A DNA stretch of 58,099 bases from a bacterium. Lineage in GTDB: Bacteria; Desulfobacterota; JADFVX01. The notes below the pieces were generated by a model. That model saw only the letters and a list, made by a program, of their open reading frames with translations, was not told the origin of the DNA and ran no database searches. Location: positions 1 to 58,099 of the forward strand of contig JAVVFD010000003.1 of NCBI GenBank assembly GCA_032250935.1, given 5' to 3'. Of the stretch, positions 38,946 to 49,259 are shown piece after piece (position 1 is the first letter of the stretch; every line of letters starts with the position of its first letter). The position numbers and the translations under genes are program-made.

Positions 38946-40282
38946 TGAATAAGAATATTGCGCTCATAGCAGCGGTTATAATATCACTCCTTGCGGCCTC
39001 TTCCGCCCCGGCAGCCATAAGGAAGCCCGAAAGGTTCATCACAAAGAACGGCATGACCGTGCTCCTGCTTGAGAGAAAGGCGCTTCCCTTTATCACGGTA
39101 AGCGTCAGCGTAAGGGCAGGCTCCGTCTTCGACCCTGAAGGGCTATCAGGGCTCGGCAACATAACGGCAGACCTCCTTACGGAAGGGACCAAATCCCGCA
39201 GCGCAAAGGAGATTTCCGAGGAGATCGATTTCGTAGGGGGCTCCCTCGGCTCTACGGGGGGGATAGACTACGCCTCGGCATCCCTGAAGGTCCTGTCCAG
39301 GGATAGTGATAAGGGTTTCGAACTCCTCTCCGACATCCTAATCAATCCAGCCTTTGACGGAAAGGAGATAGAAAGGGCGAGAAGCCAGATCAGGGCGGGA
39401 ATCATATCGAAAGAGGACGACCCTTCTACCGTTGCGGCCGAGGCGTTCAACAAGATATTATTCGGCAGCCACCCCTATGCCCTCCCGGCAGACGGCAGCC
39501 TTGAAACCATTGACAGGATAAATCGCAAAAGCATAAGCGATTTTCACGGGAAGTATTATCATCCCAACAACACCATAATGGCCGTCGTCGGTGATATCAG
39601 CAAAAATGAGCTTGAAAAGCTTCTGAGCAGGCATTTCGGAAAGTGGAAAAAAAAGGATATCTCCTACCCTGGAAATCCCGAGGCAAGGCGGCTCGATGAA
39701 AAGCGGATAGAGATCATAGACAAGGATATCACTCAGGCCAATGTCCAGCTCGGACACCTTGGCATCAGGCGTGAAGACCCCGATTTTTATGCAGCCTATG
39801 TAATGAACTACATCCTGGGAGGGGGCGGCTTCGTGTCTCGCCTCATGACGGAGATAAGGGACAACAGGGGACTCGTCTATTCAGTCTACAGCTACTTTAA
39901 CCCCTTAAAAGACCCGGGCCCGTTCAAGGTGGGCCTTCAGACAAAAAACGGATCGGCAAGCGAGGCTATCAAGGAGTCGCTAAGTCAGATAAAGGCGATA
40001 AGAGAAAAGGGGGTAAGCGAAAAGGAGCTTCAGGATGCCAAGGATTATCTCATCGGCAGTTTTCCGCTGAAGTTCACTACAAACAGCAAGATAGCCTCCT
40101 ACCTGACCTATATGGAAATCTACAATCTCGGCCTGGATTATCTCGACAGGTTTCCAAAGATCATAGAGGCGCTGACAGTGGATGACGTTAACGAGGTGGC
40201 CGGAAAGCTGCTGGATCCTGAAAACTATCTCCTGGTTGTAGTGGGGAATAAGGAGAAGATCGGCGAGATAGATCTGAAGTGA
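38945..40282 (+). CDS. M16 family peptidase, non-catalytic partner subunit (exported)
   Basis: signal peptide, HxxEH absent (GNITADLL), GGGGFVSRLMTEIRDNRGLVYSV; translationally coupled to the upstream gene. Confidence 0.9.
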   Translation: MNKNIALIAAVIISLLAASSAPAAIRKPERFITKNGMTVLLLERKALPFITVSVSVRAGSVFDPEGLSGLGNITADLLTEGTKSRSAKEISEEIDFVGGSLGSTGGIDYASASLKVLSRDSDKGFELLSDILINPAFDGKEIERARSQIRAGIISKEDDPSTVAAEAFNKILFGSHPYALPADGSLETIDRINRKSISDFHGKYYHPNNTIMAVVGDISKNELEKLLSRHFGKWKKKDISYPGNPEARRLDEKRIEIIDKDITQANVQLGHLGIRREDPDFYAAYVMNYILGGGGFVSRLMTEIRDNRGLVYSVYSYFNPLKDPGPFKVGLQTKNGSASEAIKESLSQIKAIREKGVSEKELQDAKDYLIGSFPLKFTTNSKIASYLTYMEIYNLGLDYLDRFPKIIEALTVDDVNEVAGKLLDPENYLLVVVGNKEKIGEIDLK

Positions 40283-40371
40283 CCCTTGTAGATTAATTTT
40301 TTATCTAAATTTTGAACCTTATTCTGATTAAAGTCATCTTAACCTGAAAAAACGATAAGGAGATTTTAATT

Positions 40372-40551
40372 ATGAATGTAGATAGTCACTTGAAGGTAGC
40401 GCAATGGCACGTTGAGCAGGCGAGGTTGCATGCGGCAAATGGAGATCATAAATGTGGATGTCCTGCAAATGAGCATGACCAGAAGGCGATTGATGCTGTT
40501 GAAGCAGGATTGCTTAATGTAAAAGAAGAAGCTCAGTCCTGTGCCATCTGA
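40372..40551 (+). CDS. 59-aa His/Cys-rich small protein, putative metal-binding (absent from the ORF track)
   Basis: AAGGAG RBS (40357-40362), ATG 40372, MNVDSHLKVAQWHVEQARLHAANGDHKCGCPANEHDQKAIDAVEAGLLNVKEEAQSCAI, followed by a terminator. Confidence 0.75.
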   Translation: MNVDSHLKVAQWHVEQARLHAANGDHKCGCPANEHDQKAIDAVEAGLLNVKEEAQSCAI

Positions 40552-40574
40552 CAGCGTTGCTTAATGATCTCAAG

Positions 40575-40607
40575 AAGAAAGGGCCCTCATTTAAGGGTCC
40601 TTTCTTT
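40575..40607. terminator. bidirectional Rho-independent terminator
   Basis: AAGAAAGGGCCCT-CATTTA-AGGGTCCTTTCTT between convergent genes. Confidence 0.75.
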
Positions 40608-40661
40608 GTTGTGATAAAAATCTGAAAGAATACTTGTCTGGACTTTTTGTTTTTTTAAACC

Positions 40662-40931
40662 TTAAAATCTTTTCAGCAGATCCTTTATAAGCGAAGAAAT
40701 ATCCGCCTGGTAATTATTGTAGGCATACCATATGGCGGCCACTAGCAGGATAAATATAACAACCTTTGCCACCCTGCCAAAGGAGGAGGCATGCTGCGAC
40801 TCAGCGTATCTCTGTATAGAGACCTGCTGCTCCTCGGCGGTTTTAAGTACCTTTCCGCATCCGAGGCATTTCATGGCCCCCTTGATGACCTGCCTGCCGC
40901 AGTAAGGGCATTCATCGTAACTGATTGGCAT
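40662..40931 (-). CDS. zinc-ribbon protein with a C-terminal transmembrane helix
   Basis: CPYCG...CLGCG, TM VVIFILLVAAIWYAY; GGAG RBS on the minus strand. Confidence 0.75.
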   Translation of the reverse strand: MPISYDECPYCGRQVIKGAMKCLGCGKVLKTAEEQQVSIQRYAESQHASSFGRVAKVVIFILLVAAIWYAYNNYQADISSLIKDLLKRF

Positions 40932-41422
40932 GTCGCTATTCTCCCGTTTATAATAGACGCTTATTACTCACTATAAACAATAAGGGTATCTTCCATGTAG
41001 ACGCCAAGAAAATAATTTTTCCCTTTTTTGATGGTTTTGCCCTGTTACAGTTACAGCCTAGCAGGTTTTGAGGGTGTGTCAAGTTGGCAAGAAAGAGGGC
41101 GTTTGGCCTGAAATATATATTCAGGTTTGAGAAGTCTTTTAGTCAGGTTTTCAAAGGGAAGGTTGAAATCTATTTTATAATCTGATTAACTCTATTATAT
41201 TTATTTCTCCGGCAGTTTTTTCTTAAAAAAAGAGTAATGATTAACCCACATTTTTAGCCTCCTTGATTCCGTGCAAACGACCCATAAATGCCTATATGAT
41301 GGCAAAGCGCAAAAATGTCTTATCAAAATCGCCTGAAAGAGGTATACTTTAGAGCCTTGACTTGAAATTATGAAGGCGTTTATTTCTGCGAAAAACTACC
41401 AGAGATAGCCCCACTAAATTAT

Positions 41423-42988
41423 ATGGAAAAGCTGACAACCATAAATGCTCTGCGACGGATAGGTCGCCCCCTTTTTCTTATTAAGAAAGACGGGGCAATT
41501 GAGATTCAGGATGGACAAAAAGATTTGGCCGCGTCCCTTTCGGAAAAATCTTTTGCCGGTATGATTGTCCCCTGCCCGCTTGAAAGCCTGGGCGATGCCG
41601 GTTTTTGCAGCGACCATGGAATACGCTACCCTTACGTTGGCGGGTCTATGGCCAAGGGGATAAGCTCTGTAGAGATGGTGAAGGCCTTTGCGGCAGGGGG
41701 GATGCTGGGCTTTTTTGGCGCAGCCGGACTTTCTATTGAAGTGGTTGAAGATGCCGTTGATCAGCTTATGGCCTATGGAGGTGATATGCCATTTGGCATC
41801 AACCTCATTCATAGCCCCAATGAGCCGCAGCTGGAAAATGAACTCGTCGAGCTTTTCCTGAATAGAAATGTAAGACTGGTTGAGGCCTCGGCCTTTCTGG
41901 ACCTGACCTTGCCGGTGGTTCGTTACAGGACTCACGGAATTTACCGGGATGAATCCGGCAAGGTTATTACGCCTAATCGTATAATGGCCAAGGTCTCCCG
42001 CGAAGAGGTGGCGGCAAAGTTTTTTGCGCCTGCCCCGGATAAATACCTGAGGGAGCTGGTTGCATCGGGTGATCTGACGGAGGAACAGGCGAGCCTTGCT
42101 GCAACGGTTCCTGTGGCACAGGATGTTACCGTCGAGGCGGATTCTGGCGGTCATACGGACAACCGCCCGGCAATTTCGCTCTTTCCAACCATCCTTTCGC
42201 TGAAAGACCGTATGCAGGAAGAACATGGATTTCAGCAAAAATTAAGGGTCGGCCTGGGGGGAGGGATATCCACGCCTGCCGCCGCTGCCGCTGCCTTTGT
42301 CATGGGCGCTGCTTACCTGGTCACCGGCTCGGTGAACCAGGCATGCGTTGAATCGGGAACATGTGATGAGGTCCGCCAGATGCTGGCCGAAACCCGTCAG
42401 GCCGATATCACCATGGCCCCTTCGGGAGATATGTTCGAGATGGGGGTAAAGGTGCAGGTCGTCAAGCGTGGCACCATGTTTTCCATGAGGGCGGCCAAGC
42501 TATATGAACTCTACAGGGCCTATGACAGTATGGATGCTATCCCTGCCGATGAGCGTCTAAAGCTTGAAAAGACGCTTTTCCGCATCCCCTTAAGCCAGGT
42601 ATGGGAGCAGACAAGCAGCTTCTTCGCCTCAAGGGACCCGCGCCAGCTTGAAAACGCCAATAGCGACCCAAAATATAAGATGGCTCTGGTCTTTAGATGG
42701 TACCTCGGCCAGTCTCCCGATTGGGCCAACAGGGGCGAGACATCAAGAAAACTCGACTATCAGATATGGTGCGGACCCGCCATGGGGGCATTTAACGAAT
42801 GGGCCAGGGGCTCCTTCCTCGAAGATGTCTCCCAGCGCAAGGTTGTTACCGTTGCATTAAATATTCTCTTTGGCGCGGCCGTGATTTTCCGGGCCAATCA
42901 GTTGAAGATCCAGGGGGCTTGTCAAGATACCGCTCTAAACCACATTGCACCCCTTGAGATCAAAAAAATCAAGGAGCTTCTCAATTGA
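41423..42988 (+). CDS. pfaD: PUFA synthase enoyl reductase PfaD
   Basis: GGSMAKGISS, NLIHSP, VEASAFL, EADSGGHTDNRP, TGSVNQA, DYQIWCGPAMGAFN. Confidence 0.95.
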   Translation: MEKLTTINALRRIGRPLFLIKKDGAIEIQDGQKDLAASLSEKSFAGMIVPCPLESLGDAGFCSDHGIRYPYVGGSMAKGISSVEMVKAFAAGGMLGFFGAAGLSIEVVEDAVDQLMAYGGDMPFGINLIHSPNEPQLENELVELFLNRNVRLVEASAFLDLTLPVVRYRTHGIYRDESGKVITPNRIMAKVSREEVAAKFFAPAPDKYLRELVASGDLTEEQASLAATVPVAQDVTVEADSGGHTDNRPAISLFPTILSLKDRMQEEHGFQQKLRVGLGGGISTPAAAAAAFVMGAAYLVTGSVNQACVESGTCDEVRQMLAETRQADITMAPSGDMFEMGVKVQVVKRGTMFSMRAAKLYELYRAYDSMDAIPADERLKLEKTLFRIPLSQVWEQTSSFFASRDPRQLENANSDPKYKMALVFRWYLGQSPDWANRGETSRKLDYQIWCGPAMGAFNEWARGSFLEDVSQRKVVTVALNILFGAAVIFRANQLKIQGACQDTALNHIAPLEIKKIKELLN

Positions 42989-45900
42989 AGGAAAAAAGAG
43001 TAGAAAAAAAAAAGGGGAGGGCGGCTCTTGCCGCCCCGATAGCTATAATCGGTATGGGAGCTATGTTTCCCAAGGCGGAAGACAAGCTGGCCTTCTGGAG
43101 CAATATCAAAAATGGCGTAGATGCCATAACCGATGTTCCGGCAACTCACTGGAAGTCGGAGGATTATTTCGATCCCGACCCCAAGTCACCCGATCACGTC
43201 TACGCCAAGAAGGGCGGATTTCTTTCTCCCGTTGATTTCAACCCTATGGAATACGGGATTCTCCCGAATGCGCTGGAGGCGATAGATACCTCGCAGTTGC
43301 TCGGTCTGGTTGCAGTAGATCAGGCGCTCAAGGATGCAGGATACACAACAGAAAAAGAGTTTGATCGTGACAGGGTGAGCGTAATACTTGGCGTTACGGG
43401 AACTCTGGAACTGGTTATACCGCTCGGGGCGCGTCTTGGGCATCCCAAGTGGCGCGAGGCGCTAAGGGATGCCGGCGTTGATGATAGCGTGGCCGAAGAT
43501 GCCATTAAGCGCATGTCCGATTCCTACGTTCCCTGGCAGGAAAACTCATTTCCCGGCCTGCTCGGCAATGTGGTGGCCGGTCGTATAAGCAAGCATTTTG
43601 ACTTCGGCGGCACTAACTGCGTGTGCGATGCGGCCTGCGGCAGTTCGCTCAGCGCCCTTAATCTTGCGGCACTGGAGCTTGCCGCCGGCAAGTCCGACAT
43701 GGTCATAACGGGGGGGATCGATACCTTTAACGACATATTTATGTATACCTGCTTCAGCAAGACCCCGGCCCTCTCCCCCTCCGGACATGCCCGCCCCTTC
43801 GATGCTGATTCCGATGGCACCACTCTTGGCGAAGGTCTGGGAATCGTAATCCTTAAACGCCTGGCCGATGCAGAAAGAGATGGTGACAAGATATACGCCG
43901 TCATAAAGGGGATCGGCGCATCAAGCGACGGAAGGGGCGCGGCTATATACGAGCCTAACGCCGCAGGCCAGAAAAAGGCCTTAATGCGGGCATACGAGCA
44001 GGGTGGAGTCTCTCCCGATACGATTGAATTGATAGAAGGGCATGGAACCGGCACAAAGGTAGGAGACGCCATAGAGACGACGGCGCTAAGAGAGGTCTTC
44101 GGCGAGGCCGATTCTCCCCGCTGCGCCATAGGTTCGGTCAAGTCTCAGATAGGTCATACAAAGGCTGCGGCAGGAGCCGCCGGATTGATAAAGGCGGCGC
44201 TATCCCTTTACAACAAGACCCTTCCTCCAACGATAAAGGTCAAAAAACCTCAAGATGCGGTAGCCTCGGGGAAGACTCCATTCTACGTCAATACTGAGGC
44301 GAGGCCATGGTTTGCAAATCCCCATCATCCCAGGCGTGCCGGGGTGAGCGCTCTTGGATTTGGCGGGAGCAACTTTCACTGCCTCCTTGAAGAGTATGAT
44401 AGGACTAAGAGTTCAGTTGACTGGAAGGGAGATGTGCAGATAGTCTCATTCAGCGCGGCTGATGAAAGCGGAATCGAGACGGCTCTTAAGGCCTTCCCGG
44501 CTGAAGGTGCATGGAAGGAGTTGCGCCTTGCTGCCGACAAGAGTCGGAGAGATTTCAATCCTCAGCTAAGCTGCCGACTGGTGATGGTTGTGGAAAAAGA
44601 GAAGACCGACCCTGCTACTCAGGTAAAAGGCGCCCTCACCATGTTGAGCGGTCATACCGGTAAAGATTCATGGAGCACGCCTGATGGAACATTCTTTGTC
44701 AAGGGAGAGCAGAGCGGCAAACTGGCGATGCTTTTTCCGGGGCAGGGGGCGCAATATACAGGAATGTTAAAGGATCTGGCCATTCATTTCCCGCAATTTA
44801 CCAAGTCCATAAACGAGGCTGATGAGGCGCTTAAGCTGCCGGACGGTCCCTTGCATGATGTCATATATCCGCGGCCTTCTTTCGACCCGTCAGTTCTTAA
44901 GAAAAATGAGGCAAGACTGACCTCCACCGATATGGCCCAGCCTGCTATCGGCGCCGTCAGTATGGGGGCCAGGAATGTCCTTTCATATTTCGGGATATCG
45001 GCCGATCTCTTTGCCGGCCACAGCTATGGCGAACTCCCTGCCCTTTGCAGCGGCGGGTATTTCGACAGCGAGGGACTCTATAAAATTTCAAGGTTGCGCG
45101 GCGAACTTATGGCGGCCGGCGAAGGTGACAGGGGCTCCATGCTGGCCGTTTCCGCACCGATCAAGGACATAGAAAAATTCCTTGGCAAAGAGAAGCTGAA
45201 TCTGATTCTTGCCAACCGGAACAGTCCCGAGCAGGGCGTGCTTTCAGGGTCTATCGGCGAGATCGAAAAGGCTGCAACCCTGCTTGAGCAGCAGGGGCGC
45301 CGTTTTAAACAGCTATCTGTTGCGGCAGCCTTTCATAGCGAACTGGTAGCCGATGCCAGCGCTCCCTTCGGCGATGGTCTTGAAGAGATAACCTTCAAAA
45401 AGCCGGAATCCTCGGTATTTTCAAACAGTACGGGCAAGCTCTATCCTGCAACGGCCGAGAAGGCAAGAAAGCTTCTGGCCGAGCAGCTGGCAAGACCTGT
45501 TGACTTCATCTCGGAAATTGAGAATATGCATGATGCCGGCGCTCGCACCTTCCTTGAAGTCGGGCCCGGCGCGAGACTGACCGGCATGGTCAAGGCGATT
45601 CTTGGCGATAAAGCACATCATGCTCTATCCATCGATTCATCAAGCGGCAAACGTCCTGGCATGAATGATCTTGCCAGAACGCTGGCTCAACTGGCTGCGC
45701 TCGGATATGAAACTGACCTCAGTCTTTGGGACTGCGATTATGCCGAGACCCAAAAACAACCTGAAGGAAAGAAGCCCGGAATGACGGTTTCTCTGACCGG
45801 CGCCAACTATTTCAACCCTCCGGCCAAGCGTCCAGCTGTCCAGCCTAAGACGGCTGCAGCTGCGCCAGTTGTTAGCAGGGCAGCTTCCGGTGAGAAATCA

Positions 45901-48900
45901 ACTGCAGCTGTAAAGGCTTCTACGCCTGTTGTTGCAAATGCACTTTCATCAACAGTCAGCGGCTCATTGCAGCAGGCCTTGCAGATGACGCAGCAAAGCA
46001 TGCAGGCATTGCAGGAACTTCAGCAGCAGACCTCGCGTATTCATCAACAGTTTTTGGAGGGTCAGGAGTCGGCAACGCGCTCATTTATGAACCTCATAGC
46101 CCAGCAGCAGCAACTCATTCATGGTGAATCGTTGCCTGTAAGCGCCCGAGGAGGCGGCCAAATAGTTAGTAGCCGACCGGTTGCCAGCGCCAGCGCTGCC
46201 GGTATGCCCGCTCCCCCTTTGAAGGCGGCCCCAACCGTTTCAGCGCCTCTGCCGGATGAGACGCCCTCTCCGGAGGCGGATAACAGCAAGATATCCGCGA
46301 CCCTGCTTGAGGTGATAGCTGAAAAGACGGGCTATCCCGTGGATATGCTTGAGATGGGAATGACCCTGGACAGCGACCTTGGCATAGATTCGATCAAGCG
46401 GGTCGAGATACTGTCTGCGCTTCAGGAAAGGCTTCCCGAGGCGCCTGCCGTGCGTCCCGAAGATCTGGGCGCTCTGCAGACGCTCGGACAGATAGTCGAT
46501 CACCTCGGCGCCGGAAGCGGCAATATTGCAGCGACCACTCAATCTGAAGTTCAATCTAAGGATAGGGGAGGTCAGATAGATCGTGATACCGTCTCGACCG
46601 CCCTTCTTGAGGTGATTTCCGACAAGACAGGATACCCCATAGAGATGCTTGAGCTGGGAATGGCCCTTGACAGCGATTTAGGAATAGATTCTATAAAACG
46701 TGTTGAAATACTCTCAGCGCTTCAAGATAAGCTTCCCGATGCACCTGCCATCAAACCGGAACATTTAGGCACCCTTCAGACAGTTGGCCAGATAGTTGAT
46801 TTTCTGGCTAGCGTATCAGGCGCACCGGCTAAAAGCTCATCACCGGTCCTGCCAGTTCATACCGATCATGGAGGCGCTTCTATTGACAGAGAGGTGCTTA
46901 AAGTTGTCCCGATGCAGGCTAAAGGTGATAGGGAGACTATCGTCTTATCCAAAGGGTCACAGGTCTGGATTGCCGGTGACTTGGAGGGTGAAGGAGCGGC
47001 GCTTGCAGCCAGTATCTATAAAAATCTGGAGACCAGGAACCTTGCTCCTTTAAAAATATCGATGTCCGATCTGGATGAACTTACCTCTCCATCTAAACTT
47101 GCTGGTCTAATTATTCTTTCGCCTTTGGCAGGCCTGGACGATAAGTTTTTGCAGGATGCATTCAGACTTATGCAGATAGCAGAGCCTGCCCTTAATGGGG
47201 CAGCCGATAAGAAAGGCAGGTTTTTTGCGACTGTATCTCGACTAAACGGCAGCTTTGGTCTTGCACCTGGCGACGCCCCAACTGATCCTCTATCCGGAGG
47301 TCTGGCGGGCCTTACAAAGACTGCTGGACATGAATGGGAAAAGGTTAATTGTAAGGCGATCGACCTTGAAGCCGGTCTGGAGGCAGACCGTGCAGCCAAG
47401 GCGATTGTTGAAGAACTGTTTACTGTCGGACCCGATGAAGTAGGTGTCTCGGCCAAGGGCCTTCATGCCCTGAAGCTTTCACCGGCTGATCTTATAGAAG
47501 GTGAGTTTGATCTGCCACTGGGTTCAGGTGATGTAGTTGTTGTCAGCGGTGGAGCGCGCGGTGTGACTGCTGAGGTTGCAATTTCACTGGCAGCATCCAG
47601 CAAATGCACACTGCTGCTGCTTGGGCGAAGCGCAATGCCTGGCGAAGAGGCTGGCTGGCTCACAAGTTTGATTGCTGAAGGAGAAATCAAGAAAGGCATT
47701 ATTGCCCATGCCGATGCACCCATGAAGCCAAAGGATGTTGAACAGCAGTATGGCCAGGTTCTTGCCGCACGTGAGATTCGTTCCACCATCGCAAGGATTG
47801 AGGCGGCGGGCGGCAAGGCTGTATATCGCAGGGTCGATCTAAGGGATGCAGCTTCAGTCAAAACTGCCATTGACTCCGTCCGCCATGAGTATGGCGCTAT
47901 TAAAGGTCTGATACACGGCGCGGGGGTTCTTGCGGACAGACTTATTAAAGATAAAACTATGGAGCAGTTTAAGCTGGTCTATTCAACCAAGGTTGATGGT
48001 CTGCGCTCACTTCTTGACGCGACTGGCGGCGATGATCTTGGCTTCATGGTTATGTTTTCTTCATCTACAGGACGTTTTGGCAGGACAGGTCAGGTTGATT
48101 ATGCCGTTGCCAATGAGGTCTTGAATAAAATGGCTCAGCATGAGGCTCACCAGCGTCCTGATTGCCGGGTTCTGTCGCTGAACTGGGGGCCCTGGGATGG
48201 CGGCATGGTTACGCCTCAGTTAAAGAAACTGTTCGAGCAGGAGGGGGTCGGCGTTATTGACCTAAAAGCTGGAGCAAGGTATCTGGTGGATGAAATATCA
48301 ACTCCCGCCGGAGGGCCGGTAGAACTCGTTATACTCGGCGGAAGGGAAGAGATGTCTCAGGAAAATCAGCCAAAATCGAGGAAGAATATCTATGTCTCAA
48401 AGGCCTTCGATCTCGATATATCCATCGATAAATATCCATTCCTAAGATCACACGTTATTGATGGCAAGGCGGTCCTGCCTATGGCCATGATTATAGAGTG
48501 GATGGCCCATGGCGCCATACACAACAACCCCGGGCTGAAATTCCACGGCTTCAATGACCTGCGAGTCCTGAAGGGCGTTATACTGGAGCGGGGGGAGCTT
48601 TATTCGCTTCAGTTGACGACAGGCAAGGCGTTCAAAAGCGGCGGGTCCCACGTAGTTCCTGTGGAACTGTCGGGGACAGATAAGGATGGTAAGAATTATA
48701 TCCATGCAAGGGCCAAGATAGTTCTTGCCGTCAAGCTGCCCAAGGGGAAGGCCCCTTCAAAAAGAATGGATCTGCCGGCATATAGCAGGCCGCTTGAGGA
48801 TATATACAGCCCTGAGCGACTCTTTCACGGCCCCGATTTTCACGGTATCAGGGAGGTGGCAGGTTGTTCGGAAGAAGGTATTGTCTCTATCGCGCGTCCG

Positions 48901-49257
48901 GCCCCGCTTCCTTCCAAGTGGATCAGCGATCCGCTTCGTAATGCATGGCTGTCCGATCCGCTTGTTCTGGATAGCAGCTTTCAGATGATGATACTCTGGA
49001 GTTTTGAGCGATATAAAGCGGCCTCACTACCGGTCTTTGCCGGGAGGTATCGTCAATATAGCGATAAGTTCCCTGAAACAGGAGCTGAAATCCGCATCAG
49101 GATAAGTTCTCAAAGCAAGAGCAAGGCCGCAGCCGAGATCGATTTTCTCGATCCCAAGAGCGGAGAGCTGATCGCCCGCATAGAAGACTATGAATGCGTC
49201 ATCGATGCCTCCCTTAATGAGAGCTTCCAGCGTAATAAATTACAAGGAGTTGCCTGA
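42985..49257 (+). CDS. pfaA: PUFA synthase PfaA (KS-MAT-ACP-ACP-KR-DH)
   Basis: KS DAACGSSL/HGTGT/GHTK, MAT GHSYGE and AFHS, two LGIDSIKRVEI ACPs, KR SGGARGV and DYAVAN, C-terminal DH SHVIDGKAVLP; TTG start overlapping the pfaD stop. Confidence 0.93.
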   Translation: MKEKRVEKKKGRAALAAPIAIIGMGAMFPKAEDKLAFWSNIKNGVDAITDVPATHWKSEDYFDPDPKSPDHVYAKKGGFLSPVDFNPMEYGILPNALEAIDTSQLLGLVAVDQALKDAGYTTEKEFDRDRVSVILGVTGTLELVIPLGARLGHPKWREALRDAGVDDSVAEDAIKRMSDSYVPWQENSFPGLLGNVVAGRISKHFDFGGTNCVCDAACGSSLSALNLAALELAAGKSDMVITGGIDTFNDIFMYTCFSKTPALSPSGHARPFDADSDGTTLGEGLGIVILKRLADAERDGDKIYAVIKGIGASSDGRGAAIYEPNAAGQKKALMRAYEQGGVSPDTIELIEGHGTGTKVGDAIETTALREVFGEADSPRCAIGSVKSQIGHTKAAAGAAGLIKAALSLYNKTLPPTIKVKKPQDAVASGKTPFYVNTEARPWFANPHHPRRAGVSALGFGGSNFHCLLEEYDRTKSSVDWKGDVQIVSFSAADESGIETALKAFPAEGAWKELRLAADKSRRDFNPQLSCRLVMVVEKEKTDPATQVKGALTMLSGHTGKDSWSTPDGTFFVKGEQSGKLAMLFPGQGAQYTGMLKDLAIHFPQFTKSINEADEALKLPDGPLHDVIYPRPSFDPSVLKKNEARLTSTDMAQPAIGAVSMGARNVLSYFGISADLFAGHSYGELPALCSGGYFDSEGLYKISRLRGELMAAGEGDRGSMLAVSAPIKDIEKFLGKEKLNLILANRNSPEQGVLSGSIGEIEKAATLLEQQGRRFKQLSVAAAFHSELVADASAPFGDGLEEITFKKPESSVFSNSTGKLYPATAEKARKLLAEQLARPVDFISEIENMHDAGARTFLEVGPGARLTGMVKAILGDKAHHALSIDSSSGKRPGMNDLARTLAQLAALGYETDLSLWDCDYAETQKQPEGKKPGMTVSLTGANYFNPPAKRPAVQPKTAAAAPVVSRAASGEKSTAAVKASTPVVANALSSTVSGSLQQALQMTQQSMQALQELQQQTSRIHQQFLEGQESATRSFMNLIAQQQQLIHGESLPVSARGGGQIVSSRPVASASAAGMPAPPLKAAPTVSAPLPDETPSPEADNSKISATLLEVIAEKTGYPVDMLEMGMTLDSDLGIDSIKRVEILSALQERLPEAPAVRPEDLGALQTLGQIVDHLGAGSGNIAATTQSEVQSKDRGGQIDRDTVSTALLEVISDKTGYPIEMLELGMALDSDLGIDSIKRVEILSALQDKLPDAPAIKPEHLGTLQTVGQIVDFLASVSGAPAKSSSPVLPVHTDHGGASIDREVLKVVPMQAKGDRETIVLSKGSQVWIAGDLEGEGAALAASIYKNLETRNLAPLKISMSDLDELTSPSKLAGLIILSPLAGLDDKFLQDAFRLMQIAEPALNGAADKKGRFFATVSRLNGSFGLAPGDAPTDPLSGGLAGLTKTAGHEWEKVNCKAIDLEAGLEADRAAKAIVEELFTVGPDEVGVSAKGLHALKLSPADLIEGEFDLPLGSGDVVVVSGGARGVTAEVAISLAASSKCTLLLLGRSAMPGEEAGWLTSLIAEGEIKKGIIAHADAPMKPKDVEQQYGQVLAAREIRSTIARIEAAGGKAVYRRVDLRDAASVKTAIDSVRHEYGAIKGLIHGAGVLADRLIKDKTMEQFKLVYSTKVDGLRSLLDATGGDDLGFMVMFSSSTGRFGRTGQVDYAVANEVLNKMAQHEAHQRPDCRVLSLNWGPWDGGMVTPQLKKLFEQEGVGVIDLKAGARYLVDEISTPAGGPVELVILGGREEMSQENQPKSRKNIYVSKAFDLDISIDKYPFLRSHVIDGKAVLPMAMIIEWMAHGAIHNNPGLKFHGFNDLRVLKGVILERGELYSLQLTTGKAFKSGGSHVVPVELSGTDKDGKNYIHARAKIVLAVKLPKGKAPSKRMDLPAYSRPLEDIYSPERLFHGPDFHGIREVAGCSEEGIVSIARPAPLPSKWISDPLRNAWLSDPLVLDSSFQMMILWSFERYKAASLPVFAGRYRQYSDKFPETGAEIRIRISSQSKSKAAAEIDFLDPKSGELIARIEDYECVIDASLNESFQRNKLQGVA
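46303..46806 (+). repeat. tandem ACP domain duplication in pfaA (2 copies, 300 nt apart)
   Basis: LLEVI.(E/D)KTGYP..MLE.GM.LDSDLGIDSIKRVEILSALQ at 46303 and 46603. Confidence 0.92.
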
Positions 49258-49259
49258 GG

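Noticed and set aside
41230-41420. c-di-GMP-I riboswitch-like words (GCAAAC, GGCAAA, GAAA) upstream of pfaD
   Set aside because: The required P1/P2 stems cannot be formed
41414-42238. 274-aa antisense ORF over pfaD, and the many other antisense or nested ORFs in the track
   Set aside because: Shadow ORFs of well-supported genes, with no motifs or RBS
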